DNA of 64,000 nt from Bdellovibrionota bacterium (GTDB taxonomy: Bacteria; Bdellovibrionota_C; UBA2361; JAAYZI01), in the NCBI GenBank assembly GCA_050950765.1, contig JBMNIF010000001.1:479885-543884 (forward strand), written 5' to 3'. Below are positions 8,217 to 19,753 of the stretch, piece after piece. Under the pieces are notes generated by a model that did not search any database, was not told the origin of the DNA, and was given only the letters and a program-made list of their open reading frames with translations. The first letter of the stretch is position 1; each line of letters begins with the position of its first letter. Position numbers and translations under genes: made by a program.

Positions 8217-10013
8217 ATGGATATAAAGCATAAAAAATTGCAGGAGTGGGTTTCTGAGATATCTGATCTGTGTGCTCCAGACCAGATCTATTACTGTGAC
8301 GGCTCAAAAGAAGAGTATAACGAGATGTTGGCTTTGATGGAAAAAACGGGAACTGCCCTCCGTCTTAGTCAAGAGAAACGCCCCAACTCGATCTATGTTC
8401 GTTCCGATCCTGCTGATGTAGCTCGTGTGGAAGATAGAACTTTTATCTGTAGCGCTACGAAAGAAGAGGCGGGTCCTAATAACAACTGGGCAGATCCAGC
8501 AGAGATGAAGAGAACTCTATTAAGTCTTTTTAAAGGTTCAATGCGGGGGCGTACTATGTACGTTATTCCGTTTTCAATGGGACCTGTTGGATCACCTATT
8601 GCACAGATCGGAGTTGAAATTACAGACTCTCCTTACGTTGTAGCTAATATGCATATTATGACACGTGTCGGCACAGCAGTCTTGGAGTGTTTAGGATCTG
8701 ATGGTGCTTTTGTAAAGTGTTTACACTCTGTAGGGTATCCGTTGGTGCTTGCTGATGGCTTAAGAAGAGACGATCTGGCTTGGCCGTGTAATGCAGATAA
8801 TAAATATATCGCTCATTTTCCTGAAACAAAGGAGATCTGGTCGTACGGATCAGGATACGGTGGTAACGCTCTACTCGGTAAGAAGTGTTTCGCTTTAAGG
8901 ATCGCTTCTGTTATGGCGCGGGAACAGGGCTGGTTGGCCGAGCATATGTTGATAATGAAGGTAAGCAGCCCCGATGGTAAAGTAACGTATATTGCAGGTG
9001 CTTTCCCGTCTGCTTGTGGAAAAACAAACCTCGCCATGTTGAACCCCACCTTAAAAGGTTGGAAGGTAGAGACTATCGGTGATGATATCGCATGGATGAA
9101 GTTCGGATCTGATGGTCGTCTCTACGCTATCAATCCCGAAGCTGGTTTCTTTGGAGTAGCACCAGGGACAAACGATTGGAGCAATCCGAATGCGATGGCG
9201 ACGATGCAGAAAAATAGCATCTTTACCAATACAGCTATGACTGATGATAACGATGTCTGGTGGGAAGATATGACAGAAGATCTCCCCGAACACTTAAAAA
9301 ACTGGACGGGTGGAGATTGGACCCCTGATTCAGATCTCCCTGCTGCACACCCGAATGCACGTTTTACGACACCGGCAGGGCAGTGCCCTGTAATTGCGAA
9401 AGAGTGGGAAGATCCGCGTGGAGTGCCTATTAGTGCGATCCTTTTCGGAGGGAGACGCGCCACAACGATCCCACTTGTTTCAGAGGCTTTCTCGTGGCAG
9501 CACGGAACATTTTTAGGTTCTATTATGAGTAGTGAAAAAACCGCTGCAGCAACGGGAAAGGTTGGGATGTTGCGAAGAGATCCGATGGCGATGTTGCCGT
9601 TCTGCGGTTACAATATGGCTGATTATTGGGCGCATTGGTTAAAAATGGGGGAGAAAGGTGGCGCTAAGATGCCCAAGATCTTTTATGTTAATTGGTTTCG
9701 CAAGGATGCTGCTGGCAGGTTCTTATGGCCAGGCTTCGGCGATAATATACGTGTTATTAAATGGATTATAGAGCGTTGTAACGGCGAGGGGGAAGCTAAA
9801 GAGACACCACTCGGTTTTGTTCCAACTAAGGACGCTTTAGACCTGACAGGATTACACCTATCCGAGAGTAGCTTAGAAACGTTGCTTGATGTCGATGTCG
9901 ATGATCTTTCAGATGAGATTGAAGATATCAATAAACACTATGCACAGTTCGGAGATAAAATTCCTGAAGTGTTGAAGGAAGAGTTTCAAAACTTAAAGAA
10001 GCAATGTCTATAA
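8217..10013 (+). CDS. pckG: Phosphoenolpyruvate carboxykinase (GTP)
   Basis: [53 protein letters not shown]. Confidence 0.98.
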   Translation: MDIKHKKLQEWVSEISDLCAPDQIYYCDGSKEEYNEMLALMEKTGTALRLSQEKRPNSIYVRSDPADVARVEDRTFICSATKEEAGPNNNWADPAEMKRTLLSLFKGSMRGRTMYVIPFSMGPVGSPIAQIGVEITDSPYVVANMHIMTRVGTAVLECLGSDGAFVKCLHSVGYPLVLADGLRRDDLAWPCNADNKYIAHFPETKEIWSYGSGYGGNALLGKKCFALRIASVMAREQGWLAEHMLIMKVSSPDGKVTYIAGAFPSACGKTNLAMLNPTLKGWKVETIGDDIAWMKFGSDGRLYAINPEAGFFGVAPGTNDWSNPNAMATMQKNSIFTNTAMTDDNDVWWEDMTEDLPEHLKNWTGGDWTPDSDLPAAHPNARFTTPAGQCPVIAKEWEDPRGVPISAILFGGRRATTIPLVSEAFSWQHGTFLGSIMSSEKTAAATGKVGMLRRDPMAMLPFCGYNMADYWAHWLKMGEKGGAKMPKIFYVNWFRKDAAGRFLWPGFGDNIRVIKWIIERCNGEGEAKETPLGFVPTKDALDLTGLHLSESSLETLLDVDVDDLSDEIEDINKHYAQFGDKIPEVLKEEFQNLKKQCL

Positions 10014-10036
10014 ACCGTTGGTGTGAGCGGTTTTTA
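10012..10036 (+). terminator. Putative intrinsic terminator after pckG
   Basis: AAACCGTT-GGTGTG-AGCGGTTT followed by T run, between convergent genes. Confidence 0.5.
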
Positions 10037-10095
10037 TTGAGTTGTTTTTATAATGCGCGCTACTATCTTGTTTGTTTAATAAAAAAATTAACCTA

Positions 10096-10923
10096 CTAAG
10101 ATAAGATAGGGGTAAGCCCCTGCTTTTGCCCGTGCGGAGTGATAAACTCTTTAACAGTATCGGTGTAAGCTACAATAATCCTTGTCGGAGAGTCTTCTAA
10201 AGCAAAGAGACCACACCCCGTCACACCAGGGAGGGTTAAGACTTCGCTATTAAAGTCCTGCGGGATTTCATCTTTAAACCTAACATCGATTATAAACTCA
10301 CCCTCTCTGGAAAAGAGCGCACCGTAACACCCCGCTTTACCAGCTGTTACAGAAACAGGAAGTGTTAAATCTTTAGCTACTGCGGCACCACGTATGGAGG
10401 TTGTTGCGTTGAACTTTTTTTGAATCATGGCGCTAACAATCAATCTTGCCTCTGGCCTGACGTGTACAGGAACACCATAAACGAAAACCTTTCCCAGTTG
10501 ATCTGACAACTTACTTTCATCAACAATAACTATAAACTCTCCACCGTTTCTTAGAGCTGCCCGTGCAGCATCTTTTTCAGCCAGCGCAGCTGCTCCACCA
10601 CCTTTTATAACGGCACCACTTTTAAGATTCACTTCATCTGCACCATCTACCACTACGCGTAAGCCGCAAGTTGGGATAGCAGGTAATACAGAGAGTTCCA
10701 ATTCTTGACAGAGATCCGCTGTCGGAATCGATGTAACACAAACGGGACGGCTGGGGATTTCAGATCTTTTAAATGCTTCCGCCAGAAACTTGGTAAAGGG
10801 GTCTGCTGTGGAACCCGTACCCAATCCGATAATATCACTCGCTTTGGGTGCAAGTTTGATCACAATCTCAAGAGCTGCTTTTGCAGCCCGTTCTTTAGGG
10901 GATAGTATTGAATCTGAAGACAT
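10096..10923 (-). CDS. rpiA: Ribose-5-phosphate isomerase A
   Basis: IGLGTGST, DGADEV, IKGGGAA motifs. Confidence 0.93.
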   Translation of the reverse strand: MSSDSILSPKERAAKAALEIVIKLAPKASDIIGLGTGSTADPFTKFLAEAFKRSEIPSRPVCVTSIPTADLCQELELSVLPAIPTCGLRVVVDGADEVNLKSGAVIKGGGAAALAEKDAARAALRNGGEFIVIVDESKLSDQLGKVFVYGVPVHVRPEARLIVSAMIQKKFNATTSIRGAAVAKDLTLPVSVTAGKAGCYGALFSREGEFIIDVRFKDEIPQDFNSEVLTLPGVTGCGLFALEDSPTRIIVAYTDTVKEFITPHGQKQGLTPILS

Positions 10924-11282
10924 ATCTTTAAAATTTCTATAACTTTTGGAGGTTTTTTTTGCGTTTAATAAAAAGCACTACATCCTATAACTACAACCCA
11001 TTACGATAAAATATTCAAGAATTTTTGAAGAGAGTTTTTGCCTGTATCGTTATATTTTATTAGGAGTCTCCCTATTAGAAGTGCGACGAGCGTTAGTGAG
11101 TATAAAAACCCATCTTAACTTATTATTAACATTAGATATCTTTACATTTTAGCGATATCGGTGCATACTTAAGCAGTTTTTATGCTGCAAGGAGTGAACC
11201 GGCGCACACGTAAGTTGTACCTGTTTATGCTGCAAAAAAATATAAGTGTAAACGGTTATCACAAAATAGGGGTGAATAGGTA

Positions 11283-11669
11283 ATGGCTAGAATTACAGTT
11301 GAAGATTGTCTTCGTAAAGAAAATAACAGATTTGCTTTGGTGGTTTTGGCGTCTAAACGTACAAAACAGTTGTTGAATGGTGCTAAGAGTTTGCTGCCTG
11401 AAGTGAAAAATAAACAGATCGTAACTTCTCTAAGAGAGATTGCAGCTGGTGTGGTGCGTTTTATGACTCAAGAAGAGTTGGAAGAAGCGAGAGCAGCAGA
11501 AAATAAAAAATTTATGGAACGCTCCGAACAGGTCACCTCTGCTGCGGTTGCTGCCGCTGATGAACTCTTTCTTACAGGTCAGAAGGATGATTTCTCTGAT
11601 TTAGAGGCGGAGCTAGACGCTATTGATCTTGAAGGTAGTGATGAGTTTGAAGAAGAAGATGATGCTTAA
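11283..11669 (+). CDS. rpoZ: RNA polymerase omega subunit with acidic C-terminal extension
   Basis: [10 protein letters not shown]...[12 protein letters not shown]...SLREIAAG; directly upstream of rel/spoT. Confidence 0.95.
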   Translation: MARITVEDCLRKENNRFALVVLASKRTKQLLNGAKSLLPEVKNKQIVTSLREIAAGVVRFMTQEELEEARAAENKKFMERSEQVTSAAVAAADELFLTGQKDDFSDLEAELDAIDLEGSDEFEEEDDA

Positions 11670-11973
11670 GTTAAACATCAGTCATTGCTGAAAAGTTTTT
11701 AACTTATTTTGTTATCTCTGATCTCACAGTTTTTGATACCTGTTTCTTTTAAAGGAGTTGATTTTTAGCTGTTTTGTTTTTATCACGCTTATGTTGTTAG
11801 TGAATAATTAAACTAATATTACCGAAGAGGTATTAGGTGTGTGGTGTTAAAGGTTAGAGCACGTAAGCAGGTGCAACTCTGTGTTACGCTTGTGTTAAAG
11901 CGGGAGTTCGAGCATCCTGTTTAGTGCTTTTTTTGTTTCTAGTCGAGCGTGTTTTTAAGGGGTCTTATTCGGT

Positions 11974-14151
11974 ATGCAGTTTGATGATATTATTACATCA
12001 ATAAAATCTTATTATCCGAATCCGGATGTCGACCTTATCAGGAAGGCTTACGATTACGCTGAAAGTGTACATCGCGGGCAAGTTCGTGCCAGTGGGGAGC
12101 CTTATTTTATTCACTTAGTAGAAACAGCATATATCGTTACGCAGTTAAAACTTGATATCCCGTCAGTGATCGCAGCTTTACTACACGATACCATTGAAGA
12201 CTGCGATGTTAGTAAAGAGTATATCTGCAAAGAATTTGGGCAAGATGTTGCGGATATTGTAGAGGGTGTAACGAACTTAACCCGTTTACAGTTCGGTTCT
12301 GTCGAAGAGAAACAGGCTGAAAGCTTTCGTAAAATGTTATTAGCAATGTCAAAAGATATTCGCGTAATCTTGGTGAAGATCTGTGACAGATTGCACAATA
12401 TGCGGACGTTGCAACACCTTTCTGAAGAAAAACAACGCCGCAAATCTCTTGAGACAAAAGAGATCTACGCTCCATTGGCAAATCGCTTAGGTTTGCACTG
12501 GATAAAGTCAGAGTTAGAGGATTATTGCCTCCTTTATCTTAGACCCGAACTTTTTTATGAAATAAAAAACACCTTAGATAAAACAGAACGTGAACGTGAT
12601 GAGTATGCCAGAAAAACTTCAGAGGAGATATCTAAGGTTTTAGAAGATGCTGGCATTACTGCAAAGGTTAAAGGGAGAGCCAAGCATTACTATTCAATTT
12701 GGCAGAAGATGGAGAAGCAAAACCTCTCCATCGAAGAGATCCATGATCTCTTAGGGTTTAGAATTATCGTTTCGACGGTGCGCATCTGTTATGAAACTTT
12801 AGGGGTGATCCATGCTGCGTGGAAGCCTGTGCCAGGACGCTTTAAAGACTACATCGCCATGCCGAAGCCGAATATGTATCAATCCCTGCATACCGTTGTG
12901 ATAGGCCCTGAAGGACAACGAATTGAAATTCAGGTGCGTACACATGAAATGGATCAGGTGGCAGAGGAGGGTATCGCAGCGCATTGGAGGTATAAAGAGG
13001 GGAACTCTGCTTCTGCTTTTAATCTGCACTGGGTTAAGGATTTAGTTGAGTCACAGCAGTATCTCAAAAATCCTGATGAATTTATGCAGTCAGTGAAAGG
13101 GGAGCTTTTTCCTGAAGAAGTTTTCGTCTTTACCCCTAAAGGCGATCTGATACGGTTACCATATAAATCAACGCCAGTTGATTTTGCTTATGCTGTGCAC
13201 ACTGATATCGGGCATACTACTATCGGTGCACGAGTTAACGGATCTATCGTGCCGTTGAACTATATTTTACGTCACGGCGATACAATAGAGATTATAACTT
13301 CTAAAAATCAGGTGCCGAATAAAGATTGGTTGGGGTTTGTTAGCTCCAGCAAGGCACGTCAAAGGATCCGTTCATTCTTGAAATCTCAAGAGCATGCTAA
13401 GTCGATGGCGATCGGGATGGAGATCTTGGCGAAAGATCTACGAAAAGTTAAGTACGGTTTGAAAAAACTTGAGAAATCTGGAGAGCTGCAAAGTATCGCA
13501 GAGACTTTTGGATTAAAATCGGAGGGTGATCTTTATGCCGAGATCGGTTATGGAAAGATCTCATCATCAAGGGTTGTTGGAAAACTCCTGCCAGAAGGGG
13601 TTGATGTTGAGGAAAAACTAAATGCTCCCCCCAGTCCTTTACAAAGGATATTTCAGAAAGCTGTTGATGCTTCCCGTGATAAAGTTGGAGTTAAGGTTAG
13701 TGGTGCTGATGATATCTTAGTCAGATTTGCAAAGTGTTGTGAACCTCTCCCAGGTGATCGTATCGTTGGCTTTATAACACGTGGCAGAGGGGTGACGATC
13801 CATAATGTTAATTGTTCGCAAGTCTTAGGGTGTGATCCGCAAAGGTGTGTGGAAGTCAGATGGGATACAGAAGCTAAAGCTCCCAGACGCGTTAAGTTAG
13901 CAGTGCACTCTTTAGATCAAAAGGGAATTTTGGCGAGTATAACAAAAACTATTAATGATAATGGAGGGGATATCAAAAGTGCGCAGATCAGGACTACCGA
14001 GTTCGGTAAAGCTGTGATCGCCTTAGAGCTTGCTATTGAAAATGCAAGACAGTTGAATAAAATCAGGCGTGCTATTGAGATGATCTCCGGTGTTATTCGG
14101 GTGGAGAGGATTCACCATTTTGATATGAACATGGATCATCTAAGTAGATGA
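11974..14151 (+). CDS. spoT: Bifunctional (p)ppGpp synthetase/hydrolase (Rel/SpoT)
   Basis: HD motif LHDTIED, synthetase RFKDY...YQSLHT...EIQVRT, TGS (TPVDFAY), CCEPLPGD, C-terminal ACT. Confidence 0.97.
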   Translation: MQFDDIITSIKSYYPNPDVDLIRKAYDYAESVHRGQVRASGEPYFIHLVETAYIVTQLKLDIPSVIAALLHDTIEDCDVSKEYICKEFGQDVADIVEGVTNLTRLQFGSVEEKQAESFRKMLLAMSKDIRVILVKICDRLHNMRTLQHLSEEKQRRKSLETKEIYAPLANRLGLHWIKSELEDYCLLYLRPELFYEIKNTLDKTERERDEYARKTSEEISKVLEDAGITAKVKGRAKHYYSIWQKMEKQNLSIEEIHDLLGFRIIVSTVRICYETLGVIHAAWKPVPGRFKDYIAMPKPNMYQSLHTVVIGPEGQRIEIQVRTHEMDQVAEEGIAAHWRYKEGNSASAFNLHWVKDLVESQQYLKNPDEFMQSVKGELFPEEVFVFTPKGDLIRLPYKSTPVDFAYAVHTDIGHTTIGARVNGSIVPLNYILRHGDTIEIITSKNQVPNKDWLGFVSSSKARQRIRSFLKSQEHAKSMAIGMEILAKDLRKVKYGLKKLEKSGELQSIAETFGLKSEGDLYAEIGYGKISSSRVVGKLLPEGVDVEEKLNAPPSPLQRIFQKAVDASRDKVGVKVSGADDILVRFAKCCEPLPGDRIVGFITRGRGVTIHNVNCSQVLGCDPQRCVEVRWDTEAKAPRRVKLAVHSLDQKGILASITKTINDNGGDIKSAQIRTTEFGKAVIALELAIENARQLNKIRRAIEMISGVIRVERIHHFDMNMDHLSR

Positions 14152-14183
14152 GTACCGGCTTTATTATAGAGAGTTGATTGATT

Positions 14184-15269
14184 ATGCGAGTTTTATCTTT
14201 TTTTGTTGGGATCGTGCTAGCAATTCTTATTGGAGCTCTGTTAGGAGAATACGTTTCTCCTGATGCTGATTCACAAGTGGCGAGACGTTCAGTTGAAGAA
14301 CAGTTGACGATAGATATTTATAAATCAACCAACGAAGCGGTAGTGTTTATCTCAACTGTTACCTTAACTGTAGATCCTTTTGATTGGTTTTCCGAGATCC
14401 GTCCTAATCAAGGTGCAGGAACGGGAACGATCGTTGATGCTAAAAAAGGGATCGTTGTTACCAACTTACACGTTATTCAAAATGCACACGCCATTGAGAT
14501 CTTACTAGGAGATGGTCAAGCTTATAAAGCAAAACTTCTCGGTTATGACAGGCAATATGATATTGCGGTGTTACAGATAAAAAATCCTCCCAAGCATTTA
14601 AAAAGCATCCCGTTCGGAGATTCTACAAAGTTGCAGATCGGGCAACGTGTTTTAGCTATCGGCAATCCGTTCGGATTGAATAGAACTCTTACAACCGGTA
14701 TCGTCTCCAGCCTTGATCGAACGGTAAAAACTCCAGCAGGTGCTTTAATGAAAGGCTTGATTCAAACTGATGCTGCGATAAATCCAGGTAACTCTGGAGG
14801 ACCTCTGATCGATATGGATGGCAATTTAGTTGGTGTAAACTCTGCTATCTTAAGTCAATCGGGAGATTCAGCGGGGATCGGATTCGCTGTTCCGATGCAT
14901 CAGATTCGTCGCATCTTACCGGAACTGATCGCAACAGGTAAGGTTTTACGACCTGATTTAGGCTGGGTGCTGGTCGATACCAATCAAGGTCCGATGGTGC
15001 GACGTGTAGTCGAGGGTGGTTCAGCGGCGTTAGCAGGGGTGATGCCTTTAGAGAGACCTGTCTCTAATGCCTTTGTTAAAGGTTATCTTAGAGATTTTGA
15101 AAAAGCAGACCTGATTTATAAAGTAAATGGAGTGCGTGTTTATTCTCGTAATGATGTTGAAGAGATTATCTCTCAAACAGAGGCAGGTTCTGAGATAACA
15201 TTTACGTTGCGACGTGGTAGTGTGCGTGGATTCGAGCGAGAGCTTAAGATTAAGCCAAACTTATCATAG
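14184..15269 (+). CDS. HtrA/DegP-family S1C serine protease with PDZ domain
   Basis: TNLHVI, DIAVL, IGNPFG, IQTDAAINPGNSGGPL; N-terminal membrane anchor. Confidence 0.93.
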   Translation: MRVLSFFVGIVLAILIGALLGEYVSPDADSQVARRSVEEQLTIDIYKSTNEAVVFISTVTLTVDPFDWFSEIRPNQGAGTGTIVDAKKGIVVTNLHVIQNAHAIEILLGDGQAYKAKLLGYDRQYDIAVLQIKNPPKHLKSIPFGDSTKLQIGQRVLAIGNPFGLNRTLTTGIVSSLDRTVKTPAGALMKGLIQTDAAINPGNSGGPLIDMDGNLVGVNSAILSQSGDSAGIGFAVPMHQIRRILPELIATGKVLRPDLGWVLVDTNQGPMVRRVVEGGSAALAGVMPLERPVSNAFVKGYLRDFEKADLIYKVNGVRVYSRNDVEEIISQTEAGSEITFTLRRGSVRGFERELKIKPNLS

Positions 15270-15295
15270 CTTAAAGGTAGGTGTGTTTATTGTAG

Positions 15296-17083
15296 ATGAA
15301 GATTAATTTATTAGACGATACCGTTATCAATCAGATCGCAGCAGGTGAAGTTGTCGAGCGACCTGCTTCTGTGGTGCGAGAATTGGTTGATAACAGTGTC
15401 GATGCTAAATCCACACTTATAACGATATCTTTAGAAGATGGTGGCAAGCGTTTAATCAGAGTTGTAGATAACGGCTGTGGGATGTCGCGTGATGATGCTC
15501 GACTCGCTTGTGAGCGGCACGCTACATCTAAGATATTAAAAGCTGATGAATTAAGCACCATTCATACCTTAGGGTTTAGGGGAGAGGCGCTCTCATCTAT
15601 CGCTGCAGTTTCGCGCTTAAAACTTATCACTAGAACGGCGGAAGATGATGCAGCAACAGAGATCTCGATAGATGGGGGGGTGTTGCGTTCTGTTAATATC
15701 GTAGCTGCTCCTGTGGGTACAGATCTACAAGTTGCAAACCTTTTTTTTAATACACCAGCGCGCAAAAAGTTTTTAAAACAAGCAGCAACTGAGACACAAC
15801 GGGTTAAACAGTGGTTACTACAATCTGCAATTTCACATCCGCAGATCCATTATCGTTTGGAAGTTGATGGAAAGAATACCTTAAACCTATCCCCGCAGCC
15901 CTCAATGATCGATCGTGCTAAGGGGATCTTTAAAGGGAGCTCCGTAACTTTTAATGAAGAGTTTGGTCCATTAAAGATATGTGGCTTGTTATGCCATCCT
16001 GCTATGGCGCAGGTGGATACTAAAGCCCTAGTTGTTTTAATTAATCACCGTTTGGTTTTTGATAAGATTGTACTTAAAGCAGCGCGCGAAGGTTTCTCCT
16101 CAACATTAAAGGGTGCCGAATATCCTCTCGGTTTTATCAGTATTGAGATGCCTACAAGCGAAGTTGATGTCAATGTTCATCCGCAAAAAAGTGAAGTTAG
16201 ATTTAGATCGGGTGGGGATGTTTTTATTGCAGTGCGCGAAGTGGTTCGACGTAGTGTGCAAGGATTTAGTGGCCCTGTGATTACTAATCAGAAAGGTTAT
16301 GCTTTAGGCGCTACCTTTGAGGGAGGGGGGGGAGTGCAATCACCATATACGACGCCTCCTTTAACGGTTGCTACGAGCCCTACAATAAGTAGTGCGACTG
16401 AAACTTTCTCTAAAAGTCGTCAGCTACCCTTTATAGTTCAGAGCGAAGAGTTTGCACACTCTCTTTCTACCTTAGATCAAGAGGAAGATCTGCCGGAGTT
16501 ATCTTTTAGTAAGTTACGCTACATCGGTCAGACCTTATCGTGTTATCTGTTGTGTGATCTTGATGATGTTTTTTATGTTATTGATATGCACGCCGCACAT
16601 GAGCGGTGTAACTATAACAAGATTAGAAAAGCCTTTACTGATAGAGATGTGGAGAGTCAGTTAATGCTTATCCCGCAAAGTGTTGAGCTAACAGAAGTTG
16701 GTCTTGAGCAGTGTCTTAGTAGGAAAGAGGTCTTACGGCAGTTTGGTTTCGAAATAGAGAGGTTTGGTAATACCACACTCTTAATCCGCGCAGTTCCTCT
16801 AATGATCTCGGGTGCTAATCTGGATATACTTTTTAAAGAGATCGCTGCTTTAGAAGATGAGATGGGGTTAGGGGCTATTGATCGCTTGATAGATCATATC
16901 GCTGCTAGGATAGCGTGTCATGCCAGTCTCCGTTCAGGTGATAAGGTAACGCGAGAGGAAGTTTATGCTCTTTTTGCAGACCTTGATAATGAGCAATTTA
17001 ATTCTGCCTGCCCGCACGGCCGTCCTGTTATAACATCATTTAAGAAAGGTGAGATTGAAAGATGGTTTGGAAGAGATAGGTAG
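15296..17083 (+). CDS. mutL: DNA mismatch repair endonuclease MutL
   Basis: NQIAAGEVVERP, GFRGEALSSI, DMHAAHER, ACH, CPHGRP. Confidence 0.98.
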   Translation: MKINLLDDTVINQIAAGEVVERPASVVRELVDNSVDAKSTLITISLEDGGKRLIRVVDNGCGMSRDDARLACERHATSKILKADELSTIHTLGFRGEALSSIAAVSRLKLITRTAEDDAATEISIDGGVLRSVNIVAAPVGTDLQVANLFFNTPARKKFLKQAATETQRVKQWLLQSAISHPQIHYRLEVDGKNTLNLSPQPSMIDRAKGIFKGSSVTFNEEFGPLKICGLLCHPAMAQVDTKALVVLINHRLVFDKIVLKAAREGFSSTLKGAEYPLGFISIEMPTSEVDVNVHPQKSEVRFRSGGDVFIAVREVVRRSVQGFSGPVITNQKGYALGATFEGGGGVQSPYTTPPLTVATSPTISSATETFSKSRQLPFIVQSEEFAHSLSTLDQEEDLPELSFSKLRYIGQTLSCYLLCDLDDVFYVIDMHAAHERCNYNKIRKAFTDRDVESQLMLIPQSVELTEVGLEQCLSRKEVLRQFGFEIERFGNTTLLIRAVPLMISGANLDILFKEIAALEDEMGLGAIDRLIDHIAARIACHASLRSGDKVTREEVYALFADLDNEQFNSACPHGRPVITSFKKGEIERWFGRDR

Positions 17084-17088
17084 TAATA

Positions 17089-18135
17089 GTGATGAAAGAT
17101 GCTCCTATTATAATCGTTTCAGGACCTACCGCTGCAGGGAAAACGGTTCTAGCATTACGCCTTGCTGAATATTTTGACGGTGAGATTATAAATGTAGATT
17201 CAGTTCAGATGTATAAAGAGTGCAATATCGGTTCTGCCAAACCAACTCTTTCGGAGATGCGAAATATTAAGCATCACCTCTTTGATCTCTGTACCCCTTC
17301 TGAAAAAAACAGCGCTGCTTCCTTTTTAAGGTCTGCAGATGTGGCTATCTCTGATATTGAAAAACGGGGGAAGGTTGTGATTGCTTGTGGTGGCACAACC
17401 CTCTATCTAAAGGCGTTGTTGTACGGTTTAGCTGATCTTCCTAAGGGAGATTCCGATCTTAGAAGTAATCTTGAAGAGCTTTCTAATGAAGATCTCTTTA
17501 AGGTTTTGCAAGAAAGGGATCCGTTATCTGCTGCAAAGCTACACCCAAACGATCGTAAACGTGTTATCCGTGCTCTTGAAGTTCAAACCTTGTACGGAGT
17601 TACTGCTTCAAAGCTGCAAGCGGAGCACGCCTTTTTGGAGTTACAACGTAGCGCCTTTACTATAATACCTTGCTATTCAAGAGAGGAGCTTTATAACCGT
17701 ATTGATAAACGTACTCAAACTATGCTTGATAACGGTTTATTAGCTGAGGTGCAGGCGCTAATCCTTAAATATGGTGAAGATGCTCCTGTTCTTAATACAG
17801 TCGGATATGCAGAAGCGAAGGCTTATCTTTTAGGGGAGCTAAAGAAGGAAGAGCTAGCGCCTGCCATTGCTCAAGCAACTAGACGCTTGGCTAAAAGGCA
17901 ACTAACCTTTTGGCGAAATGAACCGCAAAAAAGGGGGTGGTCAATTTTTATGAAAGAAGGTTCTCAAGGTTTAGTATCAACTAATAGTACGCCGCAAAGT
18001 AAAAGGGGTGTTCAGAAGGACTTTATCCCGCATCAGATATCTTTTTCAAACCTCTGCCGAGCGATCACTGATTTTAAAAATAAAAATGGAGACTACACTG
18101 TGCAGATTATTTTTTGTGCAGCAGATTATTTATAG
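17089..18135 (+). CDS. miaA: tRNA dimethylallyltransferase
   Basis: GPTAAGKT, DSVQMY, IGSAKP, GGTTLY, AKRQLTF; follows mutL. Confidence 0.96.
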   Translation: MMKDAPIIIVSGPTAAGKTVLALRLAEYFDGEIINVDSVQMYKECNIGSAKPTLSEMRNIKHHLFDLCTPSEKNSAASFLRSADVAISDIEKRGKVVIACGGTTLYLKALLYGLADLPKGDSDLRSNLEELSNEDLFKVLQERDPLSAAKLHPNDRKRVIRALEVQTLYGVTASKLQAEHAFLELQRSAFTIIPCYSREELYNRIDKRTQTMLDNGLLAEVQALILKYGEDAPVLNTVGYAEAKAYLLGELKKEELAPAIAQATRRLAKRQLTFWRNEPQKRGWSIFMKEGSQGLVSTNSTPQSKRGVQKDFIPHQISFSNLCRAITDFKNKNGDYTVQIIFCAADYL

Positions 18136-18181
18136 AAGCCTCCTTTATATAAAAACTACTGCACTCTCTTTCTCTATGTTG

Positions 18182-19753
18182 TTATAATAATTGTTCTTGA
18201 AACCCTAATTCATTTATAATCCTATGAAATGGTTTAAGGTCTACACCATACTTTTCAGCAAATAAACGTATCTCTTTAGCTGTGTCATCAGTCATTTCGC
18301 GGTTTCCGCAGATTTCACAGATGTCAGTACCTTCTTCTTTGCAAGAGGTGAGATATGAACCTATTGCTTTTTGTAATTTAGCTTCTTCCACGTCTCCTAA
18401 TTTATGCTCTTTTATAAAAGACAAAATGGTATCGGCATCTTTAATATATCCTTTCATTAAAAACATTAATGAGTTATTCTCTAGGTCATTTATTAAATTA
18501 TTTCTTTTAATTCCATCTATTAATGCGCTCGCCGTCCCTAGTTTTTGCATCAGTGAGATATTTTCAGGGTTTGTACAATAGAGTTTATGTCTGTCAAATG
18601 ATCTGTTATATAATTCTAGGAATTCTTTATTATCGGAAAAATCCAGTGCTGGCACCCCTTGCTTTTCTAGAAAAGAACTCACTATTGTAAGATAGAGCAA
18701 CTCGAAGTTAACTTCTGGGGTATTAGAGATGCAAAGTTTAGTCAACTTCTCGCGCCACGCATCACTTCTAAGTATCTCTTGTGCTTTTTTATTTAGGTCT
18801 TTTAAATCATTTTCCTTTGCAATTGATAATAGTATCGCTGCATTTGGGAAATCAAATTCATTCAATGCGTTAGTAAGACAATCATCAAATGCTTTTTTGA
18901 CATCATCTCTTTCAAGGAGCTTCTTTGCTATTTCATCACAACCAAATTTTTTTATCCCAACAAAAAGGTTATTAACAGGAAATCTTATTTTCCCATACTC
19001 AAAATAGAAGCCTGTGTACAAAGGCATATCTTTAAAAGATTTTTCGTCTGATTTTGAAAAGGCGAGATAAAGAACTCCTTTGTGTAATAGGATACACAAT
19101 TCTTCTGCTAAAGCATATTGTGTCTCTTCTGTCCCCAATTTCTTTTGAATTAAGGTTTCTAATTCTGTTAAATTATTTTCATCTATTAGTTCTGCAGAAA
19201 GGTTAAATTTTTTAAAATAGGTTAGCGCTACTTCTTTTAAGGTTTCTTGTCTATCTTGAAATATCTTTTCTGCAACTTCTCCACATCCATTTTTATGCAA
19301 TAATGATGAAATATCTCTCAATTGTTCAAGGAAATATTCTTCTAAACATATATCTACCCCTTCACCAATGGCAGATATTATCTCACTATCTTTAAGGATT
19401 CCTTGCCTTCTAACTTCTTCCATTGTATTCAAAGCACCTTTTGCAAGGTCCAAATAGGTTTTCCCGTTATAGTAATCAAAAGGGTCTTCAAAAAGCTTAG
19501 ATAAGTTGCTTATTATAGCTTCATCAGGAAGACTTTCTAAAAACTCTTTAGCCCTAGTCCTATCTTCTGTAATTCCCCTTATAAAATCCTTAAATGTTAT
19601 TTCTGTGGGATTTGTAATTTCTGCGGTTGAAAGATCGCCGTTAAAAACTTTATTTGTCCCTTGTGGTGGTGTCTGTGGTCCAGTTATACTTGCTCCATTT
19701 ATCCTTTGTGGTGGTGTCTGTGCTCCATTTGTCCCTCGTGCAATTTCTGCCAT
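18182..19753 (-). CDS. Hypothetical AT-rich, predominantly helical protein (523 aa)
   Basis: Long open frame; N-terminal duplicated QTPPQ motif; no recognisable catalytic motif. Confidence 0.75.
   Translation of the reverse strand: MAEIARGTNGAQTPPQRINGASITGPQTPPQGTNKVFNGDLSTAEITNPTEITFKDFIRGITEDRTRAKEFLESLPDEAIISNLSKLFEDPFDYYNGKTYLDLAKGALNTMEEVRRQGILKDSEIISAIGEGVDICLEEYFLEQLRDISSLLHKNGCGEVAEKIFQDRQETLKEVALTYFKKFNLSAELIDENNLTELETLIQKKLGTEETQYALAEELCILLHKGVLYLAFSKSDEKSFKDMPLYTGFYFEYGKIRFPVNNLFVGIKKFGCDEIAKKLLERDDVKKAFDDCLTNALNEFDFPNAAILLSIAKENDLKDLNKKAQEILRSDAWREKLTKLCISNTPEVNFELLYLTIVSSFLEKQGVPALDFSDNKEFLELYNRSFDRHKLYCTNPENISLMQKLGTASALIDGIKRNNLINDLENNSLMFLMKGYIKDADTILSFIKEHKLGDVEEAKLQKAIGSYLTSCKEEGTDICEICGNREMTDDTAKEIRLFAEKYGVDLKPFHRIINELGFQEQLL

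Noticed and set aside
10108..10121. AGGGG-TAAG-CCCCT palindrome at the rpiA 3' end as a REP copy
   Set aside because: Single occurrence, unrelated to the array core.
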